This document shows, piece by piece, positions 20,805 to 30,590 of a DNA stretch of 57,386 nt. This DNA comes from Acidobacteriota bacterium (GTDB lineage: Bacteria > Acidobacteriota > Vicinamibacteria > Vicinamibacterales > Fen-181). The notes under the pieces were generated by a model. That model had not been told where the DNA came from. It saw nothing but the letters and a program-made list of their open reading frames with translations, and searched no databases. Within the stretch, counting starts at the first letter, position 1; every line of letters begins with the position of its first letter. The position numbers and the translations under genes were made by a program. Location: contig JANYLG010000005.1 in assembly GCA_025363775.1 (NCBI GenBank), positions 1-57,386 of the forward strand. Reading direction: 5' to 3'.

Positions 20805-21202
20805 CGGTTCTGGTTTCTGGTTGCCAGCAGCGCCCACAATGTGACCACCGCGAGCGTCCCGTCGGTGACGGCGAAGGCGAGGAACGCCGGGGGCGAGTGG
20901 CGGACGACGTGATCGAGCGCGAACACCAGGCTTCCAAGCCCTTTCAAGCACGGACCCATCACCCACAAGTAGCCGCGGTAGAGGTCGGGCCGCCGGAATG
21001 GGAGCACGTACCCGACGCCGACGGCCAGCAGAAAGAGACCATTCAGATCCGCGTGGATAGGCGGAACGGGTGCCGGCACCGAGAAGAGGGCCTGGAGGAG
21101 GTCGCGCCCGAAGATCATTCCGACGCCGAGCGCGATGTCATAGGCCCCCGACACGGCAGCCACGAGCGTGAGCAGCCGCAGATCAGAATGCTGATCGGGC
21201 AT
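20801..21202 (-). CDS. Hypothetical four-TM membrane protein
   Basis: Four hydrophobic segments and host-like codon usage. Confidence 0.7.
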   Translation of the reverse strand: MPDQHSDLRLLTLVAAVSGAYDIALGVGMIFGRDLLQALFSVPAPVPPIHADLNGLFLLAVGVGYVLPFRRPDLYRGYLWVMGPCLKGLGSLVFALDHVVRHSPPAFLAFAVTDGTLAVVTLWALLATRNQNR

Positions 21203-21395
21203 CGCGTTGGAATCGTCTCCTGATGCCCCAGAGCAACAGGAGCAGGACGGTGATGAGCAGGAACTCCGGCAGGAACTCGTGTGTCAGGAGCCCAACGTCC
21301 TCGCGGACCGAGGCCACCCACGCATACGCTACATCCACGCCAGCCTCCGACCCTGACGAAAATGGCGGACCAGCGCCGATGCGCCAGCCCGCCAC
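21183..21395 (-). CDS. Possible small single-pass membrane protein
   Basis: Hydrophobic FLLITVLLLLLWG followed by RRR; start uncertain. Confidence 0.3.
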   Translation of the reverse strand: MAGWRIGAGPPFSSGSEAGVDVAYAWVASVREDVGLLTHEFLPEFLLITVLLLLLWGIRRRFQRDARSAF

Positions 21396-21464
21396 TGACC
21401 TCGGTGTCCCTTTGTCCCTTTACCCCGGCCGAGCCTCGTTGCTTCCGGCTCGACCGGTCTATGC

Positions 21465-22421
21465 CTACCGTTTCGGTACCGGCTGCAGTTCGCCGCGGTA
21501 GGTGACCGTGTCGCGTGACTCGATCCGGACGTCGAACGAAATCGACATGAAGCCGGGCGCCCGAATCTCGACGCGGTGCGCCCCGATCTCGAGTTCCATC
21601 CGCTGGAAAGTGCCGTTGAAGTCGTTCACCGTCCCCATGTAGTAGCCGTCCACGTAAACTTCGGCGTCCTTCGGTTCGACCTTCAGCTTGAGCGAGCCTC
21701 GGCCCACCCGGTCCTCGCCATAGTAGCGGTAGCCGCTGTCGCCGCCGTAACCGCCGTAACCGCCGTAGCCGTATCCGCTGTCGCCGCCGTACCCGCCGTA
21801 CCCGCCGTACCCGTACCCGCCGTCGCCGCCGTAGCCGTACCCGAACGGCCACGAGCCGTAGCCCCCCCAGAACGGGTCGTAGTAAAGGTAGCCGAGGCCG
21901 AACGCTCCGTAGCCGTAGAGGAAGTACGGGTTATACGGATAATAGTTATTGAACCCCCCGCCGGAGCCCGGACGATGGTCGGGCAGGGTGTTCGGCCGCA
22001 GGACCGCCTCGCCGGAAGCTGGTCGTCCCGGGTTCGGGCGCGCGCCACGCGGTACAGCGCGATCACCGGGGCTCCCGTACAATTCGCGGATGTAGGTGCT
22101 GCCACCGTTTCCTCCGCTGTTGCCACCCGATCTGGGGCGCCCGACGGCTCCGCCGGACGATGAACCAGACGAGGATCCAGTCGACGGGGGAGGCGAGTAG
22201 GTTGATCCCGAACCGCCGCTCGAGGGACCCCGTGGCACCGCCACGGATCCGCCGCTGCTGCCCCCCGCGCCCCCTCCACCGGCCCTGACCCCGCTTCCGC
22301 CTCCCGCCGCGGCACCACCTCCCGCCGCTGCCGGACGCTCGCGACCCTGGGCAGCCACCGGACCAGCGGCGAGCGCCAGCGCGACGGCCGCGCCGGCCAG
22401 CATGTACACGAGCGGTTTCAT
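21465..22421 (-). CDS. Secreted Gly/Tyr-rich PEGA-domain protein
   Basis: Signal peptide, G/S-rich linker, GYGG repeats, C-terminal PEGA (GSLKLKVEP.DAEVYVDG...GAHRVEIRAPGF). GGAG SD before ATG 22421. Confidence 0.85.
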   Translation of the reverse strand: MKPLVYMLAGAAVALALAAGPVAAQGRERPAAAGGGAAAGGGSGVRAGGGGAGGSSGGSVAVPRGPSSGGSGSTYSPPPSTGSSSGSSSGGAVGRPRSGGNSGGNGGSTYIRELYGSPGDRAVPRGARPNPGRPASGEAVLRPNTLPDHRPGSGGGFNNYYPYNPYFLYGYGAFGLGYLYYDPFWGGYGSWPFGYGYGGDGGYGYGGYGGYGGDSGYGYGGYGGYGGDSGYRYYGEDRVGRGSLKLKVEPKDAEVYVDGYYMGTVNDFNGTFQRMELEIGAHRVEIRAPGFMSISFDVRIESRDTVTYRGELQPVPKR

Positions 22422-22476
22422 AAGGACTCCTTGGTTGCGCCGGGCGGATAGAGAACCCAGCACCTACCCATCACAA

Positions 22477-22493
22477 AGCAACAGGCCTGCCAA
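22477..22493 (-). promoter_or_regulatory. sigma54 (-24/-12) promoter of the PEGA gene
   Basis: TTGGCAGGCCTGTTGCT: TGGCA...TTGCT with exact GG-N10-GC spacing. Confidence 0.75.
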
Positions 22494-22592
22494 TCGCCAA
22501 AGCCCGTCTTCCCACCAAATTACTCCTATTTCGATTATGACGCCACCCCTCCCCGGAGGGCTGTCACCCCAACAGCACACCACGCCGTTTCC

Positions 22593-22622
22593 TTGACACC
22601 TTTTTCGACCATCCGATAGACT
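22593..22622 (+). promoter_or_regulatory. sigma70-type promoter upstream of hslV
   Basis: TTGACA-18 nt-TAGACT. Confidence 0.55.
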
Positions 22623-22742
22623 GCGGAATGCCGACCGACCAGCGATGCTCCGCCTCGAACCGCCGAGAGCGGAGAGGCGGACAAACGGATCTTCGTTGTA
22701 GGTACCGGCTTCCCGTTCATCTACGCCAGAGCCAAGCCTGCC

Positions 22743-23270
22743 ATGTTTCACAGCACCACAATCCTTGCGGTTCGTCACCAGGACCGGGCGGTTCTCGCCG
22801 GCGACGGCCAAGTGACACTCGGTGATATCGTCGTCAAACAGGGGGCGCGGAAGATCAGGCGCCTCTACAACGACAAGATCCTCGCCGGTTTTGCCGGTTC
22901 GGCGGCCGACTCCTTTGCCCTGTTCTCCCGGTTCGAAGCCAAGCTCGAGCAGTACCGTGGCAATATCGAGCGTTCCGCGGTCGAGCTGGCGAAAGATTGG
23001 CGAACGGACCGGATCCTCCGGCGTCTCGAAGCGATGTTGATTGTCATGGATCTCAAGTCCACGTTCCTGCTCTCGGGCAACGGTGACCTGATTGAGCCGG
23101 ACGACGGCATCGTCGGGATCGGGTCGGGGGGAGGGTACGCCGTGGCGGCAGCGAGGGCGCTCGCCCGGCACACGACACTCGACGCCCGCACCATCGCTGA
23201 AAGCGCGATGGGCGTGGCGGCCGGGATTTGCATCTATACCAACAACAACCTGACGATAGAAGAGTTGTAG
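22743..23270 (+). CDS. hslV: ATP-dependent protease peptidase subunit HslV
   Basis: TTILAVR (catalytic Thr), [28 protein letters not shown]. Confidence 0.97.
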   Translation: MFHSTTILAVRHQDRAVLAGDGQVTLGDIVVKQGARKIRRLYNDKILAGFAGSAADSFALFSRFEAKLEQYRGNIERSAVELAKDWRTDRILRRLEAMLIVMDLKSTFLLSGNGDLIEPDDGIVGIGSGGGYAVAAARALARHTTLDARTIAESAMGVAAGICIYTNNNLTIEEL

Positions 23271-23276
23271 CGCGCA

Positions 23277-24653
23277 ATGCCCATCTACCTGCCCGAAACG
23301 CCGTCCGCGCTCACCGAGTCCATGACGCCGCGCTAGATCGTCGCGGCGCTCGACAAGTACGTGGTGGGGCAGCACAAGGCCAAGCGGGCCGTCGCGATCG
23401 CCCTCCGCAATCGCATGCGCCGGCAGAAATTGACGCCCGAGATGGCCCAGGAAGTCGCGCCGAAGAACATCCTGATGATCGGCCCGACCGGCGTCGGCAA
23501 GACCGAGATCGCGCGGCGCCTGGCGCGGCTTGCGCAGTCGCCGTTCCTCAAGGTTGAGGCGTCGAAGTTCACCGAGGTCGGCTACGTCGGGCGCGACGTC
23601 GAGTCGATGGTGCGGGACCTCGTCGAGATCGCGGTGGACATGGTGCGCGAAGAGCGGATGGACGAGGTGCAGTCCAAGGCCGAGCACAACGCCGAGGAAC
23701 GGCTGCTCGATCTGCTGCTGCCGCCCTCGCCGGCGACCGCCGAGGAAGACCCCGTGGCCGCGCGCGAACAGGCGACGTCGACGCGCGAGAGAATCCGCGA
23801 GCAACTGCGCGACGGCCGGCTCGACGAGCGGAGCGTCGAAATCGACGTGCGCGAGCGGTCGTTCCCGTCGTTCGAGATTATCGCCGGGTCCTCGGTCGAG
23901 GAGGTGGACATCAACATCAAGGACATGCTGCCTGGCCTCTTCCAGGGGCGCACGAAGAAGCGCCGCGTCAAGGTGGCCGAGGCGATGGACCACCTCCTCC
24001 AGGAAGAGCAGCAGAAGCTGGTGGACATGGAAAGCGTGGCGCGTGTGGCCGTGGAGCGCGTCGAGGACGGCGGCATCATCTTCGTGGACGAGATCGACAA
24101 GATCGCGGGACGCGAAGGCGGCCAAGGGCCCGACGTCAGCCGCGAGGGGGTGCAGCGCGACATCCTGCCGATCATCGAGGGCACGACCGTCAACACGAAG
24201 TACGGGATGGTCCAGACGGACCACATCCTGTTCATCGCCGCCGGGGCCTTCCACGTGTCGAAACCCTCCGACCTGATTCCCGAGTTGCAGGGCCGCTTCC
24301 CGATCCGCGTGGAGCTCGATCCGCTCGGCAAGGACGACTTCGTCCGCATCCTGACCGAGCCACAGAACGCGCTGATCAAGCAGTACACCGCGCTGCTCGA
24401 GACCGAAGGGATCGCGCTGGAGTTCCGGCCGGACGCGGTCGAGCGAATCGCCGATTTTGCCACGCTCGTCAACGAGCGGGCCGAGAACATCGGCGCGCGG
24501 CGGCTCCACACCGTGATGGAGAAGCTGCTGGACGAGATCTCGTTTGAGGCGCCCGACCTCGTCGAGAAATCGATTACTATTGATGCCGCCTACGTCGACC
24601 GGATGCTGGCCGACATCGTGAAGAACGAAGACCTGACACGCTACATCCTGTGA
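23277..24653 (+). CDS. hslU: ATP-dependent protease ATPase subunit HslU, interrupted by an in-frame TAG at codon 20 (nonsense allele, readthrough or sequence error)
   Basis: [31 protein letters not shown]...; [42 protein letters not shown]-terminal DLTRYIL. TAG at 23334-23336. Confidence 0.9.
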
Positions 24654-26035
24654 CTCGTTCGATCACCGGCCGACGGCGACCTGTCTCCCTCGCCTTGCGC
24701 CTGGCGTTCATCGTGTTCGTCGCCGCCGCGTTCCTGCCCGCGTGCGGGAAGAAGGGGCCGCCGCTGCCGCCGCTGGTCAAGGTGCCCGCTCGCCCCGACC
24801 CCTTCGTCGCACGCCGTCTCGGCTCGACGGTGTATCTCCAGTTCAAGATTCCCGTCGTCAACGCCGACGGCACGGCGCCCGCGGATGTCGAGCGGCTCGA
24901 CGTGTACGGGTTCACGGGATCGCCGGCGGGCAACGAAGATATCTTCAAGGACGGGACGCTTGTCGCGTCGATCCCGGTGCGGAAGCCGCCGGAGGAGGAT
25001 GCGGCAGCGGCTGCGCCAGCCAGGCGGGGGAAGAAGCCCGCCGGGAGGCCGGAAGCGAGGCCCGCCGCGCCGCCCCGCCCGCCGTCCTCGATGGAGAACG
25101 GGTTCGACCAGGGCGACACGATTGTCGTGACCGAGCCGCTCGGCCCCGCCCAGTACCTCGAAGTCGTGCCGAAGACGAAGAAGCCGGCGCCCGTTGTCGA
25201 GGAACCGGTGACGCCGCTCCCGCGCCCACTCGGCCCTCCGCCGCAGGTGGCCCTGCCCTCGCGGCTCTACGTCGCGGTGGGCATCAACCACAAGGGCCAG
25301 AAGGGCGCCATCTCCGGGCGTCAGAGCGTGGTGCTGGCCGTGCCCGCGTCGGCGCCGTCGGCGCCGACGATGACCTACAGCGAAACGGCCATTGTCATCA
25401 CGTGGACACCGCCCGCCGACGCGCAGCACGCGATCCAGGAGCCGGCGACCGAGGGGGTGCTGAAGGCCACGCCGATCGGCATGCGGTCGGTGTCGGGTGC
25501 CTACAACGTCTACGAAGTCCCGCCGCCTGCGCCGTTGCCCGGTGCCGTGAAGGTGCTGGTGCCGCCGGCAGCGGGCGGACTGATGCCGACGCCGGTCAAC
25601 GACAAACCGATCCCGGCGCCGCCATTCGTGGACAAGCGGATCGAGTTCGGCCAGACGCGCTGCTACGCCGTGCGCGCGGTCAGCGTCGTCGGTATGCTGT
25701 CGATCGAGGGCGAGGCGTCGCCGGCGCAGTGCGTGACGCCGGCAGACACCTTCGCCCCCGCGGCGCCGATTTCGCTCAAGGCCGTTGGGAGCGAGGGGGC
25801 CATCAGCCTGATCTGGGAGGCGAACAAGGAAGCCGACCTCGCCGGCTACATCGTCATGCGGGCGACGCTGCCCGGCGGCGAGTGGAAGAGGGTGACGGCG
25901 GACCCGATCAAAGAAACGACGTTCAACGACACCACCGTGAGCCGGGGCGTGCGCTACGCCTACGTCGTCGTGGCCGTGGACAAGTCCAGGAACCTGAGCG
26001 TGAAATCGAACCAGGTGGAGGAGTCGGCGCGGTAG
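24650..26035 (+). CDS. Pro-rich lipoprotein with fibronectin type III domains
   Basis: Lipobox PAC followed by [10 protein letters not shown]-terminal FN3 pattern (LIWEAN.E.DLAGY.V.R...Y.YVVVAVD..N.S). Confidence 0.8.
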   Translation: MTRSITGRRRPVSLALRLAFIVFVAAAFLPACGKKGPPLPPLVKVPARPDPFVARRLGSTVYLQFKIPVVNADGTAPADVERLDVYGFTGSPAGNEDIFKDGTLVASIPVRKPPEEDAAAAAPARRGKKPAGRPEARPAAPPRPPSSMENGFDQGDTIVVTEPLGPAQYLEVVPKTKKPAPVVEEPVTPLPRPLGPPPQVALPSRLYVAVGINHKGQKGAISGRQSVVLAVPASAPSAPTMTYSETAIVITWTPPADAQHAIQEPATEGVLKATPIGMRSVSGAYNVYEVPPPAPLPGAVKVLVPPAAGGLMPTPVNDKPIPAPPFVDKRIEFGQTRCYAVRAVSVVGMLSIEGEASPAQCVTPADTFAPAAPISLKAVGSEGAISLIWEANKEADLAGYIVMRATLPGGEWKRVTADPIKETTFNDTTVSRGVRYAYVVVAVDKSRNLSVKSNQVEESAR

Positions 26036-26090
26036 GGATCGGGGATCAGGGGTCGGGAGTCGGGGAGCAGGGATTGAGGATCGGGGATCG
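26035..26090 (+). repeat. Eight-copy heptamer tandem repeat (GGGATCR consensus)
   Basis: GGGATCG GGGATCA GGGGTCG GGAGTCG GGGAGCA GGGATTG AGGATCG GGGATCG, directly after the stop codon. Confidence 0.85.
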
Positions 26091-26106
26091 GCTCAGAGGG
26101 GCAATC

Positions 26107-26889
26107 ATGGACCGCATTTATCGGATCGAATACCACGGGTCGAAACGGTACGCAGCCGAGCACAACGGCCGGCTCTTCCTTCTCGACGGCGAGCTGTTCG
26201 GCGAGTACGGGTTCGGCGAGGAGATCGCCCAGGGCGAGTTCCCAAAGGACCTGCCCGCCGGGTCGCGGCTGCTCGCGCCGATCCAGCCGTCGAAGATCGT
26301 GGCGATCGGCCTGAACTACAAGGACCACGCGGCCGAGCAGAAGAAGCCGCTGCCGGCCGAGCCGATGATCTTCATCAAGCCGTCCACCGCGGTGATCGGA
26401 CCAGGCGATCCCATCAAGCTGCCTGCCGGAATCGGGCGCATCGATTTCGAGAGCGAGGTGGCGGTCGTGATCGGAAAGCGTGCGTACAAGGTGGCGCGCG
26501 AGCGCGCGCTCGAGTACGTGCTGGGGTACACCTGCGCGAACGACGTGACGGCCAGGGGCCTCCAGAACCGCGGTTACCAGTACTCGCACGTGAAGGGGTA
26601 CGACACGTTTGCGCCGCTCGGGCCGTCGATTGCCATCGGGCTCGACCCGACGTCGATTGCCGTCCAGGGGTGGCGAAACGGAGAGGTGAAGCAGAACTCG
26701 TCAACCGAGCAGTTGATCTTCAGCGTGGCGGACCTGATCGCCTACGTCTCCGGGATCATGACGCTGCTGCCGGGCGACATCATCTCGACCGGCACCCCGT
26801 CCGGCATCGGCCCGCTGGCGCACGGCGATGTGTTCACGGTGAAGGTGGCGGGCGTTGGCGAACTGACGAACCCGGTGGAGAACCTGTAG
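26107..26889 (+). CDS. Fumarylacetoacetate hydrolase family protein
   Basis: [53 protein letters not shown]. Confidence 0.93.
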   Translation: MDRIYRIEYHGSKRYAAEHNGRLFLLDGELFGEYGFGEEIAQGEFPKDLPAGSRLLAPIQPSKIVAIGLNYKDHAAEQKKPLPAEPMIFIKPSTAVIGPGDPIKLPAGIGRIDFESEVAVVIGKRAYKVARERALEYVLGYTCANDVTARGLQNRGYQYSHVKGYDTFAPLGPSIAIGLDPTSIAVQGWRNGEVKQNSSTEQLIFSVADLIAYVSGIMTLLPGDIISTGTPSGIGPLAHGDVFTVKVAGVGELTNPVENL

Positions 26890-26904
26890 GGCAGGCCTTC
26901 AGGC
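26886..26904 (+). repeat. Partial GTAG-family REP-like element
   Basis: GTAGGGCAGGCCTTCAGGC beginning at the FAH gene TAG stop. Confidence 0.4.
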
Positions 26905-26920
26905 ATTTGGGTTCGACTTC

Positions 26921-28462
26921 ATGGACACACGCGAACAGCTCACGCAACTGGAGAAGGCGGCGGAACTGGGCGGCGGCGAAGCGCGCCTTCGGCGCCAGCA
27001 CGAAGCGGGCAAGCTCACCGCGCGGGAACGGATGGACCTGCTCTTCGACGCCGGGACCTTCGAGGAGCTCGACAAGCTGGTGGTGCACCGGTGCCGCGAC
27101 TTCGGGATGGAAGACCAGGTCATCCCGGGCGACGGCGTGGTCACCGGATTCGGTCGCGTCGAGGGCCGCATGGTCTATGCCTTCGCGCAGGACTTCACGG
27201 TGTTCGGCGGGTCGCTCTCCGAGACCAACGCCGCCAAGATCGTGAAGATCATGGATCTGGCCGTGCGCCAGGGCGCGCCGGTCGTCGGGCTCAACGACTC
27301 GGGCGGTGCGCGCATCCAGGAAGGCGTGATGTCGCTGGCCGGCTACGCCGACATCTTCCTCCGCAACACGCTGGCCTCGGGCGTCGTCCCGCAGATCTCC
27401 GCGATCATGGGTCCGTGCGCGGGTGGCGCCGTCTATTCACCCGCGATCACCGACTTCATCGTGATGGTCGAGGGCACGAGCTACATGTTCGTGACTGGGC
27501 CTGACGTCGTGAGGACCGTCACGCACGAGGAGGTCTCCAAGGACGACCTCGGCGGAGCGATGACGCACAACGCGAAGAGCGGCGTGGCGCACTTCGCGGT
27601 CGCCGACGATCGCGAGTGCCTGCTGCTGATCCGCGAGCTCCTGGGGTTCCTCCCGGGCAACAACGTGGACGACCCGCCGCGCCGCGAGACGAGCGACCCG
27701 TTCGATCGCGAGGACGAAGCGCTCGACCACCTCGTGCCCGAAGCGCCGAACCAGCCCTACGACATCCTCGACCTGATCCACGGCGTCGTGGACGACGGGC
27801 ACTTTCTCGAGGTGCAGCACTACTACGCCCGGAACCTGGTGATCGGGTTCGCGCGGCTCGGTGGCCGCTCGGTGGGGATCGTCGCCAACCAGCCGGCGCA
27901 CCTGGCCGGCGTGCTCGACATCGACGCCTCGGTCAAGGGCGCCAGGTTCGTGCGCTTCTGCGACGCGTTCAACATTCCGATCGTCACCTTCGAGGACGTG
28001 CCGGGGTTCCTGCCGGGGACGCAGCAGGAGTTTGCCGGGATCATCCGCCACGGCGCGAAGCTGCTGTTCGCGTTCGCCGAGGCGACGGTGCCGAAGGTGA
28101 CCGTGATCACGCGCAAGGCGTACGGCGGGGCGTACTGCGTGATGTCGAGCAAGCACATCCGCACCGACATCAACTTCGCGTGGCCGACCGCTGAAATCGC
28201 GGTGATGGGGCCGGAGGGGGCGGTCAACATTCTCTACAAGCGCGAGCTGGAACGGGCCGAGGACCCGGCGGCGCTGCGGGCGGCGAAAGTCGCGGAGTTC
28301 CGAGCCAAGCTGGCCAACCCGTTCGTCGCCGCAAGCCGCGGCTTCCTCGACGAGGTGATCATGCCGCGGACAACGCGGCGGCGGCTGATTACCGCCCTCG
28401 CCTCGCTCGAGTCGAAGTGCGATCGGAATCCGCCGAAGAAGCACGGGAACATCCCGCTGTAG
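26921..28462 (+). CDS. pccB: Acyl-CoA (propionyl/methylmalonyl-CoA) carboxyltransferase beta subunit
   Basis: [47 protein letters not shown]-terminal KKHGNIPL. Confidence 0.93.
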   Translation: MDTREQLTQLEKAAELGGGEARLRRQHEAGKLTARERMDLLFDAGTFEELDKLVVHRCRDFGMEDQVIPGDGVVTGFGRVEGRMVYAFAQDFTVFGGSLSETNAAKIVKIMDLAVRQGAPVVGLNDSGGARIQEGVMSLAGYADIFLRNTLASGVVPQISAIMGPCAGGAVYSPAITDFIVMVEGTSYMFVTGPDVVRTVTHEEVSKDDLGGAMTHNAKSGVAHFAVADDRECLLLIRELLGFLPGNNVDDPPRRETSDPFDREDEALDHLVPEAPNQPYDILDLIHGVVDDGHFLEVQHYYARNLVIGFARLGGRSVGIVANQPAHLAGVLDIDASVKGARFVRFCDAFNIPIVTFEDVPGFLPGTQQEFAGIIRHGAKLLFAFAEATVPKVTVITRKAYGGAYCVMSSKHIRTDINFAWPTAEIAVMGPEGAVNILYKRELERAEDPAALRAAKVAEFRAKLANPFVAASRGFLDEVIMPRTTRRRLITALASLESKCDRNPPKKHGNIPL

Positions 28463-28472
28463 GACAGCGTTC

Positions 28473-28573
28473 GGCTCACGGCGAAAGGCCACGGGCGAAG
28501 GGCTGAAGGCCAGAGGCTCACGCCACGAGCGGGCCGGACGCCGCCTCGAGTCGACAGCCGCAAGCCGCGAGCC
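28473..28573. repeat. Heptamer arrays: 7x GGCNNNN followed by 3x oppositely oriented NNNAGCC
   Basis: GGCTCAC GGCGAAA GGCCACG GGCGAAG GGCTGAA GGCCAGA GGCTCAC (28473-28521); GACAGCC GCAAGCC GCGAGCC (28553-28573). Confidence 0.6.
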
Positions 28574-28622
28574 GGTATAGACTCGAGCGTTCGGTGCAGC
28601 CCATACCACGGAGGATCACCCG

Positions 28623-30590
28623 TTGGATATCAAGTCGCCCGACTTCTACGCGGAAATTGGCCTCATCTCCGGTCTCGAAGTCCATCAGCAGCTGTTCACC
28701 GACCGCAAGATGTTCTGCCGCTGCCCTGCGCGCCGGTACACCAGTACGCACGACGGCGAGGTGCTGCGGCACATGCGCCCGACGCTTTCGGAGCTTGGCG
28801 AGTACGACGGCACGGCGCTGATGGAGTTCAAGACCAGGAAGAACATCATCTATCTCCTCCACAAGGAGAACGTCTGCACATATGAGATGGACGACACGCC
28901 CCCGTTCCTCGTAAACCAGGACGCGGTGGACGTCGCCATCGAGCAGTGCCTGATGCTCGGCTGCGACATCGTGGACGAGGTGCACATCGCGCGGAAGCAG
29001 TACCTCGACGGGTCGATCCCAACCGGCTTTCAGCGCACCGCCATCGTGGGCGTCAACGGGCGCCTGCCGTTCCGGGGCCGCGAGCTGACGATCCTCCAGG
29101 TGAGCGTCGAGGAAGATTCGTGCCGCGAGGTGTCGGATGAGGGCCACCTGATCATCTGGCGCACCGACCGGCTCGGGATACCGCTCATCGAGACGGTGAC
29201 GGGGCCGGACCTGCGAACGCCCGATGAAGTGGCGGACGCGATCCTGTTGATCGGCCGCGTGTGCCGGAGCACCGGCCACGTGCGCGTGGGGTCGGGCGCG
29301 AGCCGCCAGGACGTCAACGTCTCGGTGCGCGGCGGCCGGCGCGTGGAGATCAAGGGCGTGCCGAAGGCGGGCTGGGCGCCCGGACTCGTGCATGGCGAGG
29401 CGACCCGCCAGGTGAACCTGCTGAGGCTGCGCGACGAACTGATCCATCGCGGATGCACCACGGCCGACTCGATCGGCGTGGAGAGCGCGGATGTCACCTC
29501 GCTGTTCGCGTCTTCGGAAGCCTCGTTCCTGACGGTTGGGGGCTGGGAGAAGTACGCGCGCGACGAGCAGCGCCGAGCCGGCTTCGAGATCGGGAACGGC
29601 AAGTTCACGGTGCGTGCGATTCGCATGAAGGGGCTTGGCCACACGCTCGCATGGCCGACGCAGCCCGATTGCATCTTCGCGCACGAGCTGGCCGGCCGCA
29701 TCCGCGTGATTGCCGGCCTCGACCAGCGGCCGATCCTCCTCCACAGCGAGAAGTGGCCCGACTACCACCGTTCGCTCCAGGAACTCCGCAAGGTGCGCGC
29801 GCGCCTCCAGTGCAATCCGGAGGACGGCATCGTGCTGGTGTGGGGTCCCGACGAAGACACGGTGACCGCCGCCGACGAGGTGCGGCTGCGGTACATCGAC
29901 GCCATCAACGGCATCCCGAACGAGACCCGGCAGCCATTCGAGGACGGCAGCACCGATTTCGAGCGGATCCTGCCGGGGCCGGATCGTATGTACCCGGACA
30001 CCGACAGCCCGCCCTCACGGGTGACCCGCGATCGCGTCGAGCGGCTGCACGCGGCGCTCTCGCCGCGCCCGTGGGAACGCGAGGCCCGCTACAGCGCCGC
30101 GGGTGTTCCCACCTCGACCACGCATTTCCTGATCCGGCGGGGCGCGGCCCGGCTGGTCGATCTCGTGACCGACGTCTGCCGCGCCCCGGTCAAGCAGGCC
30201 TGCGTGCTGTTTGGTGAGCGGGTGAAAGGGCTGCGCCGCGACGGGGTGCCGGTGGACACGGTGTCCGATGATCGCTGGTGCGAACTGTTCATGGTGGCCG
30301 GACGGTGTCTGCGGCTGTGGGAGGCGTGGGACCTGATCGTGCGCGCCCTCGCGGCCGCGCCCAACCGGAGCGTGGCGGCCATCGTGGTGGACCTCGGGCT
30401 CGGCGCCACGCCGGACGGATGGCGCCAGAGCGTGGGAGCCGCCGTCACCGAGGCCTCCGGCAGGCTCTTCGCGCCGGGCAACGACCGGCTCTCCCGATTC
30501 TCGATGGGGCTTGCGATGCGCGAGCTTCGTGGCAAGGTTCCGGCGCTCGAGGTTGCAGACGCCGTCAAGACGGAGATCGCATCGCGATGA
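28623..30590 (+). CDS. gatE: Glu-tRNA(Gln) amidotransferase subunit E (archaeal-type)
   Basis: GLEVHQQL..KMFC, RPTLSELGEYD, DGS..GFQRT, EEDS.R, DRLGIPLIE, RQDVNVS..GGRRVEIKGV, GAD-like insertion, PG..RMYP.TD, tail MG.AM.ELRGK. TTG start after GGAGG. Confidence 0.9.
   Translation: MDIKSPDFYAEIGLISGLEVHQQLFTDRKMFCRCPARRYTSTHDGEVLRHMRPTLSELGEYDGTALMEFKTRKNIIYLLHKENVCTYEMDDTPPFLVNQDAVDVAIEQCLMLGCDIVDEVHIARKQYLDGSIPTGFQRTAIVGVNGRLPFRGRELTILQVSVEEDSCREVSDEGHLIIWRTDRLGIPLIETVTGPDLRTPDEVADAILLIGRVCRSTGHVRVGSGASRQDVNVSVRGGRRVEIKGVPKAGWAPGLVHGEATRQVNLLRLRDELIHRGCTTADSIGVESADVTSLFASSEASFLTVGGWEKYARDEQRRAGFEIGNGKFTVRAIRMKGLGHTLAWPTQPDCIFAHELAGRIRVIAGLDQRPILLHSEKWPDYHRSLQELRKVRARLQCNPEDGIVLVWGPDEDTVTAADEVRLRYIDAINGIPNETRQPFEDGSTDFERILPGPDRMYPDTDSPPSRVTRDRVERLHAALSPRPWEREARYSAAGVPTSTTHFLIRRGAARLVDLVTDVCRAPVKQACVLFGERVKGLRRDGVPVDTVSDDRWCELFMVAGRCLRLWEAWDLIVRALAAAPNRSVAAIVVDLGLGATPDGWRQSVGAAVTEASGRLFAPGNDRLSRFSMGLAMRELRGKVPALEVADAVKTEIASR

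Noticed and set aside
23337..23400. PYLIS/SECIS-like hairpin after the hslU TAG
   Set aside because: Only weak, imperfect pairing, as expected in GC-rich sequence that is also constrained by conserved coding.
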